From contig OZ024750.1 of NCBI GenBank assembly GCA_964016885.1, forward strand, positions 4,402,001-4,466,000: a stretch of DNA of 64,000 nucleotides. The letters are read 5' to 3'. This DNA comes from Eledone cirrhosa (Eukaryota). A model generated the notes under the pieces. That model worked only from the letters and a program-made list of their open reading frames with translations, was not told where the DNA came from and did no database searches. This document shows, piece after piece, positions 57,300 to 64,000 of this stretch (the first letter of the stretch is position 1; every line of letters begins with the position of its first letter). The position numbers and the translations under genes were made by a program.

Positions 57300-57844
57300 A
57301 TGTAGATATACGATGTATGTAGATATACGATGTATGTAGATATATGATGTATGTAGATATATGATGTATGTAGATATACGATGTATGTAGATATATGATG
57401 TATGTAGATATATGATGTATGTAGATATACGATGTATGTAGATATATGATGTATGTAGATATATGATGTATGTAGATATATGATGTATGTAGATATACGA
57501 TGTATGTAGATATATGATGTATGTAGATATACGATGTATGTAGATATATGATGTATGTAGATATACGATGTATGTAGATATATGATGTATGTAGATATAC
57601 GATGTATGTAGATATACGATGTATGTAGATATACGATGTATGTAGATATACGATGTATGTAGATATATGATGTATGTAGATATATGATGTATGTAGATAT
57701 ATGATGTATGTAGATATACGATGTATGTAGATATATGATGTATGTAGATATATGATGTATGTAGATATACGATGTATGTAGATATACGATGTATGTAGAT
57801 ATATGATGTATGTAGATATATGATATATGTAGATATATGATGTA
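57300..57844. repeat. 17-bp minisatellite, ~32 copies
   Basis: Unit gatgtatgtagatata(c/t). Confidence 0.95.
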
Positions 57845-58413
57845 CTGCATTTATGTCAATTTGATTTTGATCGTATTTATTTCGATGAAGGAAAATGAAA
57901 GAAAAGCTTGCAAAAAGACATGGTAGAGACTATAAAGTTATCTGTAAGCAGATCTTTTGTGAATTCAATATTTGGAGAAAGAGAAAGAAAAAGAGAAAGA
58001 AAAAGAGAAAGAAGGGTTGTATGAATTGTATTCTCGAGCTTTGGTTTCTTTGGTTACCTTCTTAAACCGATGAGATCGATCAATATGTCTGATTCTTTTT
58101 TACTTCGAACAATTGCATGTATATAACTATAAGAAGAAAAAATACAAAAATAAACATGCAAAATACGCAACACCGGATGTTGGAGGAAGAAAAATAAAAC
58201 ATGCAGGAGATGTGTAGATGAGGAATCGTATATAATTGTGTAGTTGTAGTCGGAGAATGATATCGCATGTAACATGTTAGTTCAGAAGAACAGAGAATGT
58301 TTGAGAAGCAATAGAAGAGGCAAAGAAAATAATAATAATAATTATCAGCATGTTTTTAATTTGAAGCTTGGAGCATGTTTGTAAATGAGTTTTATATATG
58401 AAAATATAACGAA

Positions 58414-58503
58414 TGGTCTAAGTTGTATGGTCAAGTTGTATGGTCAAGATGTATGGTCTAAGTTGTATGGTCTAAGTTGCATGGTCTAAGTTGTATGGTC
58501 TAA
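58414..58503. repeat. 13-14-bp minisatellite
   Basis: Unit tggtc(t)aagttgta, 6-7 copies. Confidence 0.85.
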
Positions 58504-59769
58504 CATATCAATAAGTAAAGGAAGAATTACCTTCTGTATAAAGATGGGTGATGACTGAGTGACAAAGTATTTTATCTGAAATAAACCGTCAGGGCTTTAA
58601 AGTGAGGGTGCGGTAAATAATTTATAACATTTACCACTAGAAAATATGTTCGAAGATTAATAATTGTTTCTACTTTTAGGACAAATATTAATATACCCCT
58701 GTAATTATAACAAAATATTTTAAGAAAACACTTTAGTTATACCTATTTCAGAACTTTCACGTAAACAAGAAAAAGAAATTAAAGTAATATTTAGAAAATG
58801 GATTTTTCTAGAATGTTAGATGTTCGTGTTTAGCTTAACTTTTGTTCGTTTCTCTACAGTTTTGGGATTCGTTCGTAATGTGTTTCTTTTTATCTTTTTT
58901 ACATTCCCTTCAATCGGTAATATTACTATTTGACATAATATACACTGGAATTCTACATTTTCTAAACACTATACTTGAAAGGATGAAGATCGAATGATAT
59001 CAGTAACTAGGCATGACCAATAATATATTTACTTTAGAATTTCGTTAGAAGTTGGCGACAACTTTGGTAGGTAACCCATTATGTTTTAAAAACAGCCAAC
59101 TGCATTTCAAGTTTTGAAAATATTTTGAGATGATCAATGATATATCCCAACGGTGTCTGCGGTATCAAAGACAAATTATTTATGTTTGAAGTCCACAAGA
59201 GAAAATCTAAGATAAACTACACTTTGAAATAATATATTTACTGTCTCTTGTTCAGAGAGTTATAAAAACACAAATAGCCACTCGATAATAATTCATAATA
59301 ACAGTTCAGAAATATTCAGCAACGGCAAACGTTATAGAACAAAAGATATACCCAGAAAAATAATCCCTCGACTTGTTTCAATACAAGTTGGATCTGATCT
59401 GTTCCACTCTCTTACAACACCAATATCCTTTGGGAAAGTATGTATGTCATATTTTCTTACGAATTTTATCCCGAAAATCAAGTATCATTTTACCTTATTA
59501 AAAGACAATGAAAAGAAAACGTATTTATTTACCTTTGCTAAGGTACTGTAGGACCTATAGAATAAGTTTTCAAGACCAATGTGAGTCTTTAGATAGTCGT
59601 TCAACCAGCTAGAAAACACAGCTGAATTTCCCACGTAAATAAGTACATATTAATTGTATACTCAGCGGTCGAAGTGGGATTTGATCGTTAAAACCAGAAT
59701 TAAGAAATCAGGATACTATGATGTTCAAAATATTCTTTTATGGGGCAGAGGACAGTATAATAAGATACT

Positions 59770-60191
59770 TACTCTCAGGTCTTGAATAATCTTACCCCTC
59801 ACTCTCCCCCATTCTTATTAAATTTTCAAATTTTTTGCAACCCAAACACACACACACTTTTATCCCCCCCCCCCCCCCCCCCTTAAATTTTACTAATCTC
59901 TCTCCGACGAAATTTTATTGTAAGTGATTCATATCGCTACAGCAGCTGGAGAATCTAATTATAATTTTATTTTATATTAAAAAAAACATTATATATGACA
60001 CAAAAAAGAACATTACAAGAAATCCCATATTTACGAACATACACAACACAATTACCGATTTCCCAACCCCTTCCGTTTATTCCAAGCCCCAAATTATAGG
60101 AATTTAATCAAATGTTTTCCCACGCCTCCCCGCTTATTCGACCCCCTCCCGCTTATTCAACCCCACCTCTATTATTTGGGACCCGAGAGTA
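59770..60191. mobile_element. TA-flanked MITE with subterminal repeats
   Basis: TIRs tactctcaggtcttgaataat / attatttgggacccgagagta, plus repeated cccgcttattc. Confidence 0.6.
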
Positions 60192-60853
60192 ACTGAAGTA
60201 TAAGAATAGACAGAAGATTATATAAAAAAGAACTTCTGAACGTGGTACACTGAACTATAAAGAAACGTTCTTGTTTCTATCACACAACGTGGATCCAAGT
60301 AAGGTATATGCACTACGTAAGGTCGTTGTTACCTTGAATGTTACCATTATACAACTTCTGACATTTCTTGCTCGTTTATCTTCCTTTAAATAAAGCCAAG
60401 AAGTCTGCAGAAAATACCAAAGCTATACAAAAGTATATATGACTCTGCGAAAACGGTAGGCATGATAAAAGTACAAATCTAAGTAGCAAAATTCAAACGT
60501 ATTTCTGCGAGAGTCAGATTATTGACCTAAATATATTTTAGCAAAGTAATGTAACTATTCCATAACTTGAAATACAATTCATCCATAGCCAGAAATATCG
60601 TAAAAGAATCTAAAATATGACGAGCTTCGTAATAATTTACTAACAGATCTCAATACAAATGAATAACCAAGCAATCTTCTCTCTACTGTAATATTTGACG
60701 TCAGGAATTGAATTCTTTCCGGCAGTTCCGGCAGTGAATATGATGCCAGATTCGTTGCTTTTCTCTCCTCTTGTGTATAGACGATGTAAGTTGTCGGGGC
60801 TGAGTAAAATTCATCTTAATATATATATATATATATTTATTTATTTATATATC

Positions 60854-60895
<42 letters not shown>

Positions 60896-60981
60896 GTATG
60901 TATGTATATATATAGGCCAGTACATATTCACATCAGGGAAAACGTACATTATTTTTTGTGTAGAAGTACAAACACCACGCA

Positions 60982-61096
<115 letters not shown>

Positions 61097-61139
61097 GAGA
61101 CAAACTAACAGATGACAGAAAAAAATACAGAAAAATTAT

Positions 61140-61334
61140 TTTTAAAAACGGCTTTCGCCGTATTTTTGACTAAAGAAATTTTAGCCTGATAGCGGGGTTT
61201 AGAACCCTCAAAGAAATGGAAAAGGACGAGTATTGACGTATGTACGTCAATACTCATCTTTTTTCATTTCTTAGAGGGTTCTAAACCCCGCTATCAGGGT
61301 AAAATTTCCATATTCACAAACTTACATGCATGCA

Positions 61335-61379
<45 letters not shown>

Positions 61380-61473
61380 TAAGTAAGACAACGTATCCAA
61401 TACAGACGTTTTCTCTTCTGCCGGTCTTCTCTTATCATCTGTATACCCGGGCAAAGCTGGGTACCTCAGCTAG
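61140..61473 (+). mobile_element. Possible non-autonomous Helitron-type element carrying the palindrome
   Basis: Palindrome at 61175-61308, then (CA)n, then the hairpin tacccgggcaaagctgggta a few nt before CTAG|t. Confidence 0.45.
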
Positions 61474-61519
61474 TCTTCAGCTAAAGCAAAGATTGTGTTA
61501 CTGTTTGACATATTACTAT

Positions 61520-62105
61520 AGGCTGTGAATTGGCATAATCGTCAGAATGTCGGATAGAATTCTTTGCAGTATTCGTTTCAGCTCTTTACTCTCCGAGTTC
61601 AAATCCAGCTGAGGCCAACCTAGTCTTTTCTCCATCCAAGTCGATAAAAAAGTACCAGTCTAGTACTGGGGTCTATTCTTTTAATCTACCTCTTCCTCAC
61701 TTCCATTTTCTCACTCTTTGTCCTTCTCTGGAAGAAATTTACCATATTCAGACCTGGAGAGAGATGGGTTCCTGGAGAGTGAAGGCGCATGGCTTAGTGG
61801 TTAGAGCATTGGCCTTGCAATCGAAAGGTTGTGAGTTCAATTCTCGGACCGGGCGATGTGTTGTTTCCTTGAGCAAGACACTTTATTTCACGTTCCTCCA
61901 GTTTACTCAGCTGTAGAAATGAGATGATAGGACTGGGGTCCCTATCATTAAATCACCCAAGACACCCCCAACGAGATATACCTTGGAGGAGGCCAGCTAA
62001 ACCTGCATAGGTGTGAGCTGTAACATACATACATACAAAATGCTCTATAAACGCCGTATGTTAATATGGCGTCCCTACGATTCTTTCAGGAGTTACGGGA
62101 CCATC
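61520..62105 (+). mobile_element. Long SINE A variant interrupted by a CORE-SINE
   Basis: Homology to 16565-16882 resumes after the insert at 61781-62024. Confidence 0.6.
61781..62024 (+). mobile_element. tRNA-derived CORE-type SINE (family B), full length
   Basis: A-box tggcttagtgg, B-box gagttcaattc, and CORE-like ccttgagcaagacacttta...cagtttactcagctgtagaaatg. Confidence 0.85.
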
Positions 62106-64000
62106 CATCCAACCATAGCATTGTTACTGTTGATATTATTTTTGTTATTAATGTTGTTGTTATTAGAAAATATATATATTTTTTGTCATTGTTATTCTGT
62201 AAGAAACTAATACAGTTGACATCATTGTTGTTGTGGTTGTTGTTGTTGTTATTGCTGGATATTTTGTTGTTTCGTTTTGCTCTTGTTGTTTGTTATCACT
62301 CGTAAATAGATTTTCCTGTGTGTTTCCATTTGTTTTAAATCATTGTTTTCCCCTATAAACTTGCTGCATCATATAAACAGGAAACACGCTTTGAACTTCT
62401 CTCTCGGCACTACTCTCCTTAGTAGAATGCAATGTAAGTTAGTTAACAAGAACGTCAGACGGGAAACAGAACCAGATAAGCGGAACAGAAGCAGAGACAT
62501 TAAAATTTTACATTGCCCTCAACTTCAACGAACCTTATATGAAAGAAGGGGATAGATCGGACTTGAGAGAAACGCTATTAAGTTTAGTTCACAAACAAAT
62601 ACCATATATGGAGTCGACCAAAGAAGAGAACAACTGACATATATGATAGATAGTTTTTGTAGTTTAGACTATTTTTCTTTCTTCTTTCTTTGCTGCATTC
62701 ATGACACTTCTAGAAGTTTATGATTTCAGAAAAGGAAAAAATTCTTATTGTTTATAGAACATCCAAAGGAGTTTTAAATGTAATTAGAAAATCAGGTTCG
62801 GCTGAAATTCCTCCCAACGTTTTTAGTATTTTAGATTAGAAGCGGAAATATATGTCCATACCGCTTGAGTTAATATTTTCTGACTTAGAATACTTTTTGT
62901 TAAAACATTTTTCTACGTATTTCCTTTTTACAAATATCATTGAAATTTGCTATCCCCTGATTTTCGCATCGTTAATCAAATGAATAATAGGTTTCTTCTG
63001 GATGGGACGCCAATCTACTGAAGCTAACTTTCCCTCGTGAAAGATCTACCGCTCAGAACTTCTAAGCAACGAATCACTCCACAATTTTAGATGAAACCTC
63101 GTTTTCCCATGCCTGTATGGCGTATTAAAACTGTATCTGATTAAACCAATATCACCATAATGTCTTCATTCATTTTCAATAATCACAGCAGTTATAAATC
63201 TCATATGCCAATAAATTCAAATAATATGTTTATATTCGACGGGGTGCTATTTGCGTAAAAAAGAATTATTGTTTTACATACATTACTTAACATTTCGTGC
63301 ACAGATATTTTCATGAAGGAAAGAATTTTAGAGAAATACATAGTCATTAAATGATCAGGTAAATACAAATGAAACATTCAAATATAAATGCTATTGACAC
63401 TTTAAAAATCGCAGGAAAAGTTACCTTATCTTAACTTTAATAAAGAAAGGAGTGCGGGACTGTGTCCAGAATATATATTTTTACCCCGTTTGTAAAATAA
63501 GTTGGATTACTTTGAATAAATAAAGAATGAATATTACATAATTTATGTTCTAAATTTCATAACTTTTGATTAAGTATAAATAATGTTATTGCTTATTTTA
63601 AGATTCACTTTAAAATTTTCAAATGTCAACACTTCCGGTTAGCGATCGCTTATATAAACATTCATATATTTCCGTCACTAATTTTTTTCTTATATATAAT
63701 ATATATATATTTTTTAATGTATCATGGATTACTTTACTCATTACAGAAGACAGTGTAACGCAGACTTCGTTCAGTTTCTGTGCAATTCCGGTGTTATTTG
63801 TATCATATCTACATGCATATACACTTGCGTATAATATCAATATGCACACTACACATGCCAAGGGTGGTTTTTCTGCTTGTTACTTTAATAAACAAAACAT
63901 ATTTAAGTAATTTAATCTAAACTGTAACAGTATACTGTAAATGTAGAGTGCAACTTATAATTTTCTTTTACTTCATGTCTTCTAGGCTTTGATGGAAATA

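Noticed and set aside
61781-61850. Functional tRNA gene (ctTGCaa loop)
   Set aside because: The acceptor stem does not close and the sequence continues into a CORE domain, so it is a SINE head.

Overview
This is very AT-rich, microsatellite-dense eukaryotic DNA with no protein-coding gene that I can support. Nearly all long ORFs in the track are artefacts of (TA)n, (CA)n, (GA)n, (GATA)n and trinucleotide tracts. The repeat content (tRNA-derived Nin-type and CORE-type SINEs, RTE/CR1/CRE/Tx1 3' stubs, TA-, TTAA- and 8-bp-TSD MITEs) suggests an octopus or other coleoid cephalopod intron or intergenic region; this is inferred from repeat style. The most interesting signal is a set of short elements sitting inside (TA)n tracts that carry minimal type I hammerhead-ribozyme (HHR) folds. 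Four independent HHRs share the catalytic core and stem I, while their stem II sequences differ yet still pair. One family carries a variant CAGAAGA core, and about 10 copies carry only the 3' half of an HHR. Several copies form fold-back palindromes. Together these look like non-autonomous Penelope-like or retrozyme-like retroelements that target microsatellites. All family assignments come from motif recognition by eye, not database searches.
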